Positions 1-9,743 of a stretch of DNA of 64,000 bases are shown piece after piece. Under the pieces are notes generated by a model. That model did not search any database. It saw only the letters and a program-made list of their open reading frames with translations, and was not told where the DNA came from. Source of the DNA: Candidatus Aminicenantes bacterium (GTDB lineage Bacteria; Acidobacteriota; Aminicenantia; Aminicenantales; Aminicenantaceae); contig DRHQ01000069.1 in NCBI GenBank assembly GCA_011049545.1, positions 11,180-75,179 on the forward strand. The letters run 5' to 3'. Both the position numbers and the translations under genes were made by a program. How positions within the stretch are numbered: position 1 is the first letter of the stretch; every line of letters begins with the position of its first letter.

Positions 1-1
1 G

Positions 2-985
2 CTTTTCCTCGGGATGCCGGGTATGCATGGGAGAGTTGCCGCCAATTATGCCTTAACCGAATGCGACCTTCTCATCGCCATCGGCACCAGGTTTGATGAT
101 AGAGTGACCGGCGATTTAAAAACGTTCGGAAAAAATGCAAAAATTGCCCACATTGACATTGATCCTGCCGAAATCGGCAAGAACGTAGAAACAGATATTC
201 CCGTTGTTGGTGACATTCAAAATGTTCTTAATGACCTTTTGGGTATGATAAAACCACGGATTCCCAATGAGTGGAACAGGACGACAGCAGGGTGGAAAGA
301 AAAATATAAATTAGGCTACAAACAACAAAAAACGGGCGAAATACTGCCGCAATATGTCGTAGACCGCATCAGCCATCTTGCGGAGCAAAACGCGATCATC
401 GTCACGGATGTTGGCCAGCACCAGATGTGGGCTGCCCTCTACTGCAACCACAAGAAACCGCGTTCTTTTTTAAGCTCCGGAGGATTAGGGACAATGGGAT
501 TTGGCCTGCCTGCTGCCATGGGGGCTTCCATGGCTTATCCTGACCGTATGATCATTAACATTTCAGGAGATGGCAGCATTCAAATGAATATTCAAGAACT
601 TGCAACATGTGCCATAAATGAAATACCTGTAAAAATTGCGGTTCTAAATAACACATACCTAGGGATGGTTAGACAGTGGCAGGAATTATTCTGGGATAGA
701 AACTACTCTAAGACCTGCTTAAAACAGACCCTTCACTGTCCGCATGATTGCAAAGGGCCTGGAAAGGATTGTTCCCAAGTATATCGGCCTGATTTCGTAA
801 AAGTTGCCGAAGCCAATGGAATTATTGGCCTCAGAGCCGCTAAGCCATCTGAGGTCGACTCTGTCATAAAGGAAGGTTTTAGGACAAAAGGACCGGTTCT
901 GATGGAGTTTATGGTCAGACGGGTTGAAAGCGTTTATCCCATGGTTCCTGGTGGAAAGCCAATAAATGAAATGATAATTGGGTGA
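2..985 (+). CDS. ilvB: Acetolactate synthase large subunit, 5'-truncated by the window edge
   Basis: Frame open from base 2. FAD-domain motifs (GMHG, GTRFDDR, HIDIDPAEIGK), TDVGQHQMW, SGGLGTMGFGLPAA, ThDP motif GDGS...NN, LGMVRQWQ. Followed by ilvN. Confidence 0.97.
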   Translation, partial: LFLGMPGMHGRVAANYALTECDLLIAIGTRFDDRVTGDLKTFGKNAKIAHIDIDPAEIGKNVETDIPVVGDIQNVLNDLLGMIKPRIPNEWNRTTAGWKEKYKLGYKQQKTGEILPQYVVDRISHLAEQNAIIVTDVGQHQMWAALYCNHKKPRSFLSSGGLGTMGFGLPAAMGASMAYPDRMIINISGDGSIQMNIQELATCAINEIPVKIAVLNNTYLGMVRQWQELFWDRNYSKTCLKQTLHCPHDCKGPGKDCSQVYRPDFVKVAEANGIIGLRAAKPSEVDSVIKEGFRTKGPVLMEFMVRRVESVYPMVPGGKPINEMIIG

Positions 986-1467
986 AAGAAATGGAAAAAC
1001 ATACGATCATTATCACCGTTGCCAACCGGATCGGAGTGCTTGCTCGCATTGCGGGGCTTCTTTCCTCTAGGGGGTTTAACATCGATAGCATAATCGGAGC
1101 CCCTACGGAAAATCCTGATATCTACAAAATCCACCTTGTTGTTGGTGGAACAGAACAGAGAATAGAACAAGTGACAAAACAGCTCAATAAGCTCATCGAT
1201 ACTGTGAAAATCGTGGACATTTCTCATAAAAAGAACTACATTGTCCGCGAGTTCATACTGATAAAGGTTAAGGCCCAGAAAAACCGTTCAGAAATTCTTG
1301 AACTTATCAATGTATTCAAGGCAAAGGTCGTTGATATGACGCGGACTCACATAACCATAGATATTTCTGGCCCAACACTTAAAATTGAAAGATTCATTGA
1401 TTTATTAAGGCCATATGGTATTAAGGAATTTGTGCGAAGCGGAAAGATTGCTGTTAGCGAAGATTAA
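982..1467 (+). CDS. ilvN: Acetolactate synthase small regulatory subunit
   Basis: ACT domain (NRIGVLARIAGLLSSRGFNIDSI), QVTKQLNKLIDTVK, C-terminal EFVRSGKIA. Overlaps the ilvB stop; ATG alternative at 991. Confidence 0.96.
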   Translation: MKEMEKHTIIITVANRIGVLARIAGLLSSRGFNIDSIIGAPTENPDIYKIHLVVGGTEQRIEQVTKQLNKLIDTVKIVDISHKKNYIVREFILIKVKAQKNRSEILELINVFKAKVVDMTRTHITIDISGPTLKIERFIDLLRPYGIKEFVRSGKIAVSED

Positions 1468-1571
1468 GGTTCAAAGTTTTCCTTGATACCAAGATTGGGG
1501 CAGAAATAACGATCAATGGTGATCAAATAGAGATAGGGAGCAAAAAGTTCCAAAAATTATGAGGTAAGGGA

Positions 1572-2636
1572 ATGAACTTAGATAAAATCCGAGAGCAGGT
1601 TGACTATATCGATTATGAGATACTAAAGCTTCTCAACGAAAGAATGGAGCTGGGGCTCAGGACAAAAAAATTTAAAAATGCGATACAGGACAAAGATAGA
1701 GAAACTCAAATCCTGGAACAACTGAAAAAATATGCTCATGCCTACAACCTGATTAAGCCTGATTTTGTCGAAAAACTCTTCAAGGCGATCATGAGGGAGA
1801 GCAGGAAGAACCAGAAACCCAACAAAAAACTTATCGGGTTTCAAGGAGAACACGGTGCGTTCGGAGAAATGGCGGCCGAGTATTATGACCAAGAACTCGC
1901 AGCCATTCCCTGCGCAGAGTTTGCGGATGTCTTTGAGGGAGTCGAAAAAGGGAATCTGGAACTTGGGATTGTGCCAGTAGAAAATTCACTAGGTGGTGCG
2001 ATTACCCAGGTCAACGAGTTGCTGATCAGAACTGATTTAAAAGTAATCGGAGCCGTAAAGCTCCGGATCAATCACTGCCTTTTGAAATCTCCCGAGTCGA
2101 ATTACCAAGAAATCAGAATTGTATATTCCCATCCACAAGCCTTATCCCAATGTCGTGATTTTCTGAACCGGCAACAGCTGGAAGCGCGCTCCTTTTACGA
2201 TACTGCCGGTGCAGCCAATATGCTTGCAAAGGAGAAACCCAAGATGGCTGCAGCCATAGCGAGTAAGTTCTGTGCCGAACTGTATAACCTTGAAGTGATA
2301 AAAGAGAACATCCAAGACCATAAAAACAATTTCACGAGGTTCCTGATTCTATCAAGAAGGGAGCAAGAAAATTCTGCAGATAAATGCTCGATTATTTTTT
2401 CTACATCTCATAAGGCAGGAACTCTGTTTGCGGTCCTTAAAATATTTGCTGAGGAGCGTATAAATCTAACCCGCATTGAATCCCTTCCTTACCGGAATGA
2501 TCCTGGCACCTATGTCTTCTTTCTTGATTTTCAGTGTGATGATATCCATAGTCGAGTCAGGAATATTCTTAACAAAGTCAAGCTAAAAACTAAAATGCTT
2601 AAGTATCTTGGCTGTTATAAGGAAGAGGTCTTTTGA
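1572..2636 (+). CDS. pheA: Bifunctional chorismate mutase / prephenate dehydratase
   Basis: N-terminal CM (IREQVDYIDYEILKLLNERM), PDT motifs FQGEHGAFG, VPVENS, SHPQALSQC, NFTRF, and ACT domain NLTRIESLP. Confidence 0.95.
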   Translation: MNLDKIREQVDYIDYEILKLLNERMELGLRTKKFKNAIQDKDRETQILEQLKKYAHAYNLIKPDFVEKLFKAIMRESRKNQKPNKKLIGFQGEHGAFGEMAAEYYDQELAAIPCAEFADVFEGVEKGNLELGIVPVENSLGGAITQVNELLIRTDLKVIGAVKLRINHCLLKSPESNYQEIRIVYSHPQALSQCRDFLNRQQLEARSFYDTAGAANMLAKEKPKMAAAIASKFCAELYNLEVIKENIQDHKNNFTRFLILSRREQENSADKCSIIFSTSHKAGTLFAVLKIFAEERINLTRIESLPYRNDPGTYVFFLDFQCDDIHSRVRNILNKVKLKTKMLKYLGCYKEEVF

Positions 2637-2718
2637 TGAAAATTGCAGTTCCAGAAACCGCATTCATTTTATCGTTCTCATGAGAGCTCAACGGATTTTG
2701 TAAGTCAAATAATTTTAC

Positions 2719-2747
2719 TTGCTAATTATCTGAGTATAGGGTATAGT
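2719..2747 (+). promoter_or_regulatory. Putative sigma70 promoter of the helicase gene
   Basis: TTGCTA-N17-TATAGT, 114 nt upstream of the ATG at 2862. Confidence 0.5.
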
Positions 2748-2861
2748 ACAAAATCAAACATATGGCAGGAAATGATCAAAGCAAATTGTTTTTCCCTTCC
2801 GAACGATAATTTACTCTGACATTCATCCCCTCATGTTTTAATCAAATAAAAGGGTAAATAA

Positions 2862-4148
2862 ATGAATTTTAACGAATTGAAACTCGAGTCCCGTCTGCTG
2901 CATGGAATCGCGGACAGAGGATATAGAGAGATGACAGCGGTCCAAGAACAAACTCTGGCAAAAACACTTCAAGGTTTGGACGTGGCCGTTCAGTCCCAAA
3001 CCGGAACCGGCAAAACAGCCGCGTTCCTGGTAACGTTGTTTGAACGCATGCTCTTTGATAGAGCGCTCAAAGGAAAAATAGCGTTGATTATTGTGCCGAC
3101 CAGGGAACTGGCTGTTCAAATTGAAAAAGAAGCGAAGCTTTTGAACTTCCATCTGGGGTTTGTGATCGGCAGCTTTTATGGCGGCGTGGGCTACGATCGC
3201 CAGCTGTCTTTATTGAGAAAAGGCCTGGACATAGTCATCGGTACGCCAGGAAGGTTGTTGGATTTAAGCACAAAAGGCTATTTAAACCTGAGAAATACCG
3301 GAATCCTGGTCATCGACGAGGCCGATCGCATGTTCGACATGGGATTTCTCCCAGATATCAAAAAGCTTCTTCAAAAAATGCCTCCCCGTCAAGCCCGGCA
3401 GAACATGCTATTCAGCGCGACATTGAACCGTGTCTCCAGAAAAATTGCCATCGAGCACATGAACCATCCAATATTCCTTGAAGTCACTCCGGAACAGCTG
3501 ACGGTAGATACGATTTTTCAAGAACTCTACTATGTGAAAAGTCATATCAAGATGAATCTCATGCTGGGCATTCTCAAGGCTCAAGCTCCCCACAATGCCT
3601 TGATTTTCACGAATATGCGGTATGTCGCTTTTCGCGTGGCCAAGAAACTACAACGCAACGGGTTCCGCAGTCAGCATCTGACCGGGGACCTTCCCCAGAG
3701 CCGAAGATTGAAGATAATTGAGGAATTTATGGCTGGAAAGTTCGCTCTTCTGGTCGCAACGGATGTTGCTGCCCGAGGGCTCCATATTGATAACCTGGAT
3801 ATGGTCATTAATTACGATCTTCCCCTGGATCGCGAAAATTATGTGCATCGGATCGGGCGGACGGCCCGCGCTGGAAATTCTGGCAAGGCTATATCATTGG
3901 CCAGCGAAGGCACGGCTGATCACCTCGAGGCCATCGAATCTTTTATAGGAATGAAGATTCCCGTTCAAACGGCGGACATTGATCTTTTTGCCACGGACAT
4001 GAGCTTAGGATTCAGCCCCAGAAATAAACCTCGAAACGGTGGATCAAGAAAAAATTATCGATCCAATTTCAACTCCAAAAATCGGCAGAGGACAAATAAT
4101 CGAGGCAGATCAAAATTCTTTGGGGCTGAAAAACTAATAAATCAGTGA
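2862..4148 (+). CDS. DEAD-box RNA helicase (RhlB/RhlE-like)
   Basis: Q motif, QTGTGKT, PTRELA, GTPGR, DEAD, SAT, TDVAARG, HRIGRTAR; basic R/N/G-rich tail. Confidence 0.96.
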   Translation: MNFNELKLESRLLHGIADRGYREMTAVQEQTLAKTLQGLDVAVQSQTGTGKTAAFLVTLFERMLFDRALKGKIALIIVPTRELAVQIEKEAKLLNFHLGFVIGSFYGGVGYDRQLSLLRKGLDIVIGTPGRLLDLSTKGYLNLRNTGILVIDEADRMFDMGFLPDIKKLLQKMPPRQARQNMLFSATLNRVSRKIAIEHMNHPIFLEVTPEQLTVDTIFQELYYVKSHIKMNLMLGILKAQAPHNALIFTNMRYVAFRVAKKLQRNGFRSQHLTGDLPQSRRLKIIEEFMAGKFALLVATDVAARGLHIDNLDMVINYDLPLDRENYVHRIGRTARAGNSGKAISLASEGTADHLEAIESFIGMKIPVQTADIDLFATDMSLGFSPRNKPRNGGSRKNYRSNFNSKNRQRTNNRGRSKFFGAEKLINQ

Positions 4149-4149
4149 A

Positions 4150-6498
4150 TTAACGGTTACGAGTCTTTGATTCTGCCAATTGCTTACCTTTCCGTGCATA
4201 CTCCAGCGATAAGGCCTGATTGCCAAGCCGGTTGTAAAGGTCGGCTAAGAGGAAATAGCCTATAGGAAGGTCCTTTTTTTCAGGTTTTAGCTCTATTCCT
4301 TTCTTCGCTAACGAAACAGCTTCATCATACTTTTCTCCCCGGTTCAGGTAAATTCTTGCAAGGTAAAAATAGCTCATGGGGAAATAGGGATTTATTTCTA
4401 AGGTTTTCTCAAGATAAAATTTTTCTTTCTCGACTTCGTCTAAAAGCCGGTAGGCTCGAGAAAGATTGAAACTTGCCATGAAATTATGAGGGATATAATC
4501 AAGCTCAATCTTATACTCATCTGCCGCTCGGAGTAAATTCCCCTTTTTCTCAAAAAGTTGGGCGAGATTATAATGAAGACGCCTCAACTTAGGATTGCGC
4601 TCTAACGCCTCTTGAAGATATCTTTCTGCTTCATCCAAATTGCCTTGAACAACATAAATACCCCCAAGAGCATTGAAGGCTGAAGCCGAGGAAGGATTGA
4701 GCTTCATGCATTCCTGATAATATTTAATGGCTTCTTCATATTCCTTTTTTAAATTTTTGATATTTCCAAGGATGAAATAGACTTGCGAATCTGGAAGCAT
4801 AGAATCTAGGGCGCTCAAAACAAATTTCTCTGCCTCATCAATTTCTCCCAGACCCATGTAAGAATTGGCAATGTTGATAACAGTGAAAGCATCGCTCGGT
4901 TTTTTTTCGAGAACTTGAAAGAAACTCTTTAAGGCGTTCTCGAATTCCCGCATTTTAAAATACAAGTTTCCCAGAGTAAAGTAAGCATCAATGATGTCAG
5001 GATCCTCTTCAATAATCTTATTGATTAGCTCGATGGCTTGCTCGAATTCTTCCTTAAGCATCATTTCTTTGGCCTTTGAAAGCTGGTTAAACACAACGAT
5101 TTTTTCCTTAGGATCGCCCAATCTCTTGCCTTCTAGGGAAGATGGATCCGCAAAACTACCGATGTATCCCAGAGCGGCAAGTTTCTGCCGGGCTTCCTCA
5201 TCGATATGGCGGTAGTCAAGCTCAAAAGATCCCTGGCTGGATTCTTCAATGAATTGATCGGCTATTCCCACTAGTCTTCTTATTTCTTCAGGATGAGTGG
5301 AAACCAGGTTGGTTCGTTCATCGGGGTCATCGACCAGGTCATACAACTCAAGTTCTGGAGCGATAATCAGCTTGAACCTCTCTTCCTGGATACTTTTCAA
5401 TTCACTCCAACCATAATGAAACCGTGGATAAAAAGACTCCGCATAAGCAAAATTCTTTTTTGACTTCTTCTCTTCAAAAAACAAAGGAACAAGGCTTTTT
5501 CCTTGTACCTGAGGTGGAATTGGAATACCGTCCATTTCAAAAAGAGTAGGCATAATATCCACGAGCGAAACCACATTGGTCCGGCTTATCCCATGTAGTT
5601 TTTCAAAAGGCGTGACGAAAATAAGGGGGACATGAATCCCTTCCTGATAAATAAAAAACCCGTGTGTGCTTTCCCTGTGTTCACCCAGACTTTCGCCATG
5701 GTCTGAAGCAAAAACAAGAACAGTACTATCAATAAGCCCGTTCTCTTCCAGATAATTCCATAACCTCCCTAACTGAGAATCTGTGTAGGCAATTTCTCCC
5801 ACATAAGGTCTATTGGGATATTTCTCTTTAAAAGGTGAGGGCGGTTCATAGGGCGTATGGGGATCATAGAGATGAACCCAGGTGAAAAACTTCTCATGCC
5901 TGTGCTGATCCAGCCAGGTGATGGCTTCATCTATAACCTCATCGCCCCTGCGCTGAACATTTCCAAGCGAAATAGATTTGTATTTGCTTAAATCGAACCG
6001 ATCAAAATAATAATCGAAGCCCTGATTTAAGCCCCATTTGGAATCAAGAACATAAGCAGCAACAAAAGCGGACGTCTGATAATCTTTTTCTTTAAAGAAC
6101 TCGGCAAGCGTGATGAGTTCAGGGGAAACAAGAAATCCTCCATTGTCCCGTACTCCATGAAAAGTAGGATGCATGCCTGTCATGATGGATGTATGGGAGG
6201 GCAAGGTGAGGGGAGTTGGAGCAATGCACTTTTCGAACTTGATACCTCGAGAAGCGAAAAGGTCCATAAAGGGAGTGTCTATCCCGGAGAACCCATAGCA
6301 ATGGATACGATCAGCCCGAAGAGTATCGACAGTAATCAAGATGTAATTCAACTCTTTGCCATTTTTCAGGCGAGAAAATGATGGACGCTTTGGAAGGAGA
6401 AATAAATAAGTGAATAGAAGCGTGAAAATCAGAACGAATGTAATAGGGAGAATAACTTTAATAGCAGGAATTTTTTTTCCTGCTTTAGTTTTTTTCAT
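4150..6498 (-). CDS. Membrane-anchored sulfatase-fold (AlkP superfamily) hydrolase with C-terminal TPR repeats
   Basis: N-terminal TM helix; VDTLRAD, PLTLPSH, HLYDPH, SDHGE motifs; TPR repeats in the C-terminal ~320 aa. Confidence 0.9.
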   Translation of the reverse strand: MKKTKAGKKIPAIKVILPITFVLIFTLLFTYLFLLPKRPSFSRLKNGKELNYILITVDTLRADRIHCYGFSGIDTPFMDLFASRGIKFEKCIAPTPLTLPSHTSIMTGMHPTFHGVRDNGGFLVSPELITLAEFFKEKDYQTSAFVAAYVLDSKWGLNQGFDYYFDRFDLSKYKSISLGNVQRRGDEVIDEAITWLDQHRHEKFFTWVHLYDPHTPYEPPSPFKEKYPNRPYVGEIAYTDSQLGRLWNYLEENGLIDSTVLVFASDHGESLGEHRESTHGFFIYQEGIHVPLIFVTPFEKLHGISRTNVVSLVDIMPTLFEMDGIPIPPQVQGKSLVPLFFEEKKSKKNFAYAESFYPRFHYGWSELKSIQEERFKLIIAPELELYDLVDDPDERTNLVSTHPEEIRRLVGIADQFIEESSQGSFELDYRHIDEEARQKLAALGYIGSFADPSSLEGKRLGDPKEKIVVFNQLSKAKEMMLKEEFEQAIELINKIIEEDPDIIDAYFTLGNLYFKMREFENALKSFFQVLEKKPSDAFTVINIANSYMGLGEIDEAEKFVLSALDSMLPDSQVYFILGNIKNLKKEYEEAIKYYQECMKLNPSSASAFNALGGIYVVQGNLDEAERYLQEALERNPKLRRLHYNLAQLFEKKGNLLRAADEYKIELDYIPHNFMASFNLSRAYRLLDEVEKEKFYLEKTLEINPYFPMSYFYLARIYLNRGEKYDEAVSLAKKGIELKPEKKDLPIGYFLLADLYNRLGNQALSLEYARKGKQLAESKTRNR

Positions 6499-6739
6499 GA
6501 GAAAATTCTATCATAAAGGATTATGCATCAGAAAGGGAAAAAAAGAGTGCGCATCTTTTTACGGTTCCTCGGGGTTAGACTCTGCCGGGAAGGAGAGCAT
6601 ACTATATGCCAATAATCCTCTGGATATCCCCGTGATAGAGCCTGACCCTGGAGGATTGCCCCTTGAGAAGAAATCAATGCCTGAATCGAGATGACTTATA
6701 GGGACACACCGCTTAAATCAAAAGATGCCAGGGAATCCT

Positions 6740-6870
6740 TCAGAAATATTCGCCCCTCTCCTCGGCTGCCATCAAGAGCTTATGTTGCATAACCTTAGGC
6801 GGAGGAGGGCGTTCGGCCATGAAAGTGAATTGAGGTGAGCGATAATCTTGTCGATGACTTTATGGCCTTC
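6740..6870 (-). pseudogene. C-terminal remnant of a probable IS91-like transposase, frameshifted
   Basis: Minus strand reads EGHKVIDKIIAHL, then after a frameshift TFMAERPPPPKVMQHKLLMAAEERGEYF*. From recall, this resembles the IIxHL...RxPP tail of IS91-type Y2 transposases. No intact gene nearby. Confidence 0.55.
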
Positions 6871-6943
6871 TGAATTTAGCAAAATAATGGCAAACCACAC
6901 GGTAGAAAACAGTCCTCTCCAGATGATGACCATCAAAAACTAT

Positions 6944-6977
6944 TTGACAAGTTAGTACAAGCAGATTGTACTATAAC
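6944..6977 (+). promoter_or_regulatory. Promoter region with palindromic operator candidate
   Basis: TTGACA at 6944-6949, followed by the perfect inverted repeat TAGTACAA-gcaga-TTGTACTA (6953-6973), upstream of the aminotransferase. Confidence 0.5.
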
Positions 6978-7045
6978 TGGTAAAACTAATAATGATGGTT
7001 ATTATAACTATTGCTGAATTGCAGTAGCCATAGGAGAAAGTCAAA

Positions 7046-8185
7046 ATGGAACAATATTCTAATGATTTCGGACCCTTTTCATCTATCTGGATAAATACAT
7101 CCCATCAAGGAGCCCTTCCCAAATCGGCCGTGGCTGCACTCAATGAGGCAGTCCAGTGGAAGATATCCCCGCATCACCTGGCAAACAGCAGCATATTCAA
7201 CAGTGTGCCCGGTCGATTGAAAGATGTCTTGGGCAGCCTTATTAATGCGCCCCCAGAGGATATCATCTTGGGCAACTCAGCATCCTATGGCCTTCATCTT
7301 CTAGCTAACGGGATTAAATGGTCTTCAGGAGATGAGATTCTCCTGGTTGAGGGTGATTTCCCCTGCGATATCCTACCCTGGCTCAATTTGAAAAAACAGG
7401 GTGTTAAAATCCGTGCTGTCAAACCAAAAGGTATGGGGTTGCAGCCTGAAGAAATCCAGGAAAATATTGGAAATGCGACAAAACTTCTGTGCACCTCTTG
7501 GGTCTATTCTTACACAGGACATATTATCAACCTTCCTGCCATAAGTGAAATATGCCGGAAAAAAGGGATAAAACTTGTGTTGAACTGTTCCCAAGCCATA
7601 GGGACACAGCCATTCGATATTACATGGAGATGGGCTGACGCTATCACCTGTGTGGGCTTCAAGTGGTTGTGTGGGCCATATGGGACGGGTTTCTGCTGGA
7701 TTGATCCTGAACTTCGCGAGGATCTGGATTATAATCAAGCTTACTGGTTGGCCATGCAGACAGCTGATGATCTAAAAACATCCAAATCGTGGCCCGATAT
7801 CAAAGAAAATCTGGGTGCGCGCAAATATGATGTTTTTGGAACAGCGAATTTTTTTAATTTTGTTCCATGGACAGCGTCAGTGGCATATCTTTTAGAAAAA
7901 GGAATCAAAAGAATCAAAGCATACAATGATGAACTAATCAATCACTTGAGAGAAGGCCTTTGCCCGGATAAATATGAGGTTTTGACTCCAAAGGGTGATT
8001 CGGATAATTCAACAATTCTGGTAATCTCCCATAAAGATAAATCCAGGAACGAAGAAATTTTCGAGCTGCTAAAAAAGCAGAACATTTACATTTCTTTAAG
8101 AAGGAAACATCTTAGATTTGCACCTCATCTATATAACACTCTGAGTGAAATTGAGGAGACCCTTTCTGTGCTGAATTCTGTTTAA
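7046..8185 (+). CDS. PLP-dependent class V aminotransferase (cysteine desulfurase/kynureninase-like fold)
   Basis: INTSHQGALP, LGNSASYGL, PLP-lysine motif CVGFKWLCGPYG, C-terminal LRFAPHLYNT. Confidence 0.9.
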   Translation: MEQYSNDFGPFSSIWINTSHQGALPKSAVAALNEAVQWKISPHHLANSSIFNSVPGRLKDVLGSLINAPPEDIILGNSASYGLHLLANGIKWSSGDEILLVEGDFPCDILPWLNLKKQGVKIRAVKPKGMGLQPEEIQENIGNATKLLCTSWVYSYTGHIINLPAISEICRKKGIKLVLNCSQAIGTQPFDITWRWADAITCVGFKWLCGPYGTGFCWIDPELREDLDYNQAYWLAMQTADDLKTSKSWPDIKENLGARKYDVFGTANFFNFVPWTASVAYLLEKGIKRIKAYNDELINHLREGLCPDKYEVLTPKGDSDNSTILVISHKDKSRNEEIFELLKKQNIYISLRRKHLRFAPHLYNTLSEIEETLSVLNSV

Positions 8186-8248
8186 GATCACTATTACCAT
8201 ATAAAAACAGAGGACAGAATTTTTAAAACAAGAAGTATTAGAACTTTA

Positions 8249-8353
8249 AACTTTTTCGCAGGAAGGCTCTGTCTTGATTTTGCCAATACCCTGGGGATGC
8301 ATGCAAGTGAACAAACGCATGAATTCCTGCGGTCTTACTTTGACCTGACATAA
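8249..8353 (+). pseudogene. N-terminal remnant of an ABATE/CGNR zinc-finger family protein
   Basis: Unannotated frame NFFAGRLCLDFANTLGMHASEQTHEFLRSYFDLT* matches the GxLxLDFxNT...L.sy.DL start of ABATE domains. No start codon; premature stop. Confidence 0.6.
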
Positions 8354-8395
8354 TAGAATTTTTTCTTTATTTCCTAATGTTACTGGAGGTGAAGC

Positions 8396-9676
8396 GTGAG
8401 TATGCACAGAAGGGATTTTCTGAAAATATCAGCCGGAGCTGCAGGAGCGGCCTTTGCATCTGTATCCTGTGGCACTCAAAAGGATAAGTCTTCTGCCGGT
8501 TCAGGTCAGGACATGTTCAGTGAGCTCCGTCCGATGACGGAAGATGTCGTTCCCATCTCAGATGAGGAGCGTCAGGGAAGACTTGAAGAGGCCAGGCGTC
8601 TCATGGTCGCCACTGCCATCCGGGCTATCTATCTGGAAGCAGGTACATCGATGTTTTATTTCACAGGAGTCAGATGGTGGAATAGCGAGAGGATGTTTGC
8701 CCTCGTTATCCCGGTAAAAGGTGATATCGGCTGGGTCTGTCCTGCTTTTGAAGAAGATAGAGCTTACGAACAGATCCGTTTCGGGAAGGATATCCGGACC
8801 TGGGAGGAGGATGAAAGTCCTTACAAAAGGGTTGCTGAGATTCTGAGAGACCGAGGCATTCAAGAGGGGAAAGTCGGAATCGAGGAGCGGGTTCGTTTTT
8901 TTCTCTACAACGGGATTAAAAAGGAGGCTCCACACCTCGAGTATGTCAGTGCCGATCCCGTCACTATCGGATGCCGGGTGATTAAATCCCCAACCGAGAT
9001 CGCATTGATGCAGAAGGCCAATGACATCACAATTAATGCTTACAAAGCCTCCATAGCCAGACTTGAAAAGGGGATGACCAAAAACGATTTCCGGGCTATT
9101 TCCTCTGCCGCCCATAGGGCCCTCGGTGTGGATGGCGGAATCGGAGCTCAAATTGCCGAGGCTTCAGCCAATCCTCATGGAAGCATCAAATACATCGAAT
9201 TGAAAGAGGGAGATATCGTCCTTATGGATGGCGGATGCGGTGTTGACGGCTACAGGTCGGACATCAGCCGGACTATCGTGTTTGGAGAGCCATCAAAACG
9301 ACAGAAGGAAATTTGGGCTCTGGCCAAGAAGGCCCAGACCGCTGTCTTTGCCAAAGCCGGCGTGGGAGTTCCTTGTGAGGATGTGGATGCAGCTGCCCGC
9401 CAGGTTTATATCGACCACGGCCTTCCTGGAGGATACGAACTTCCAGGGTGCCCCCACAGAGCGGGCCATGGCATCGGACTTGACGGCCATGAATGGATTT
9501 ACCTGGTCAAAGGGAATAAGAAGCCCATGAAACCCGGGATGTGCTTCACCAATGAACCCATGCTTGTCATTCCCGGTGAATTCGGAGTCAGGCTGGAGGA
9601 TGATTTCTACATAACAGAGGAGGGCCCCCATTATTTCACAATGCCCAGCCCGTCGATCGATCAGCCTTTTGCTTAA
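8396..9676 (+). CDS. Tat-exported Xaa-Pro dipeptidase/aminopeptidase (M24B), probable lipoprotein
   Basis: HRRDFLK twin-arginine motif and VSC lipobox; metal ligands MDGG, YRSDISRT, GHGIGLDGHE, TNEP, RLEDD. Confidence 0.93.
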   Translation: MSMHRRDFLKISAGAAGAAFASVSCGTQKDKSSAGSGQDMFSELRPMTEDVVPISDEERQGRLEEARRLMVATAIRAIYLEAGTSMFYFTGVRWWNSERMFALVIPVKGDIGWVCPAFEEDRAYEQIRFGKDIRTWEEDESPYKRVAEILRDRGIQEGKVGIEERVRFFLYNGIKKEAPHLEYVSADPVTIGCRVIKSPTEIALMQKANDITINAYKASIARLEKGMTKNDFRAISSAAHRALGVDGGIGAQIAEASANPHGSIKYIELKEGDIVLMDGGCGVDGYRSDISRTIVFGEPSKRQKEIWALAKKAQTAVFAKAGVGVPCEDVDAAARQVYIDHGLPGGYELPGCPHRAGHGIGLDGHEWIYLVKGNKKPMKPGMCFTNEPMLVIPGEFGVRLEDDFYITEEGPHYFTMPSPSIDQPFA

Positions 9677-9743
9677 TAGAGTTTAATTATTCGTAGCGAA
9701 GAGTGCTGAAACGAGATTGCCTCATCTCGATCGCAATGTAATT

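Noticed and set aside
6410-6694. 94-aa plus-strand ORF
   Set aside because: Overlaps the sulfatase-like gene antisense and the IS-remnant flank; no recognisable features.
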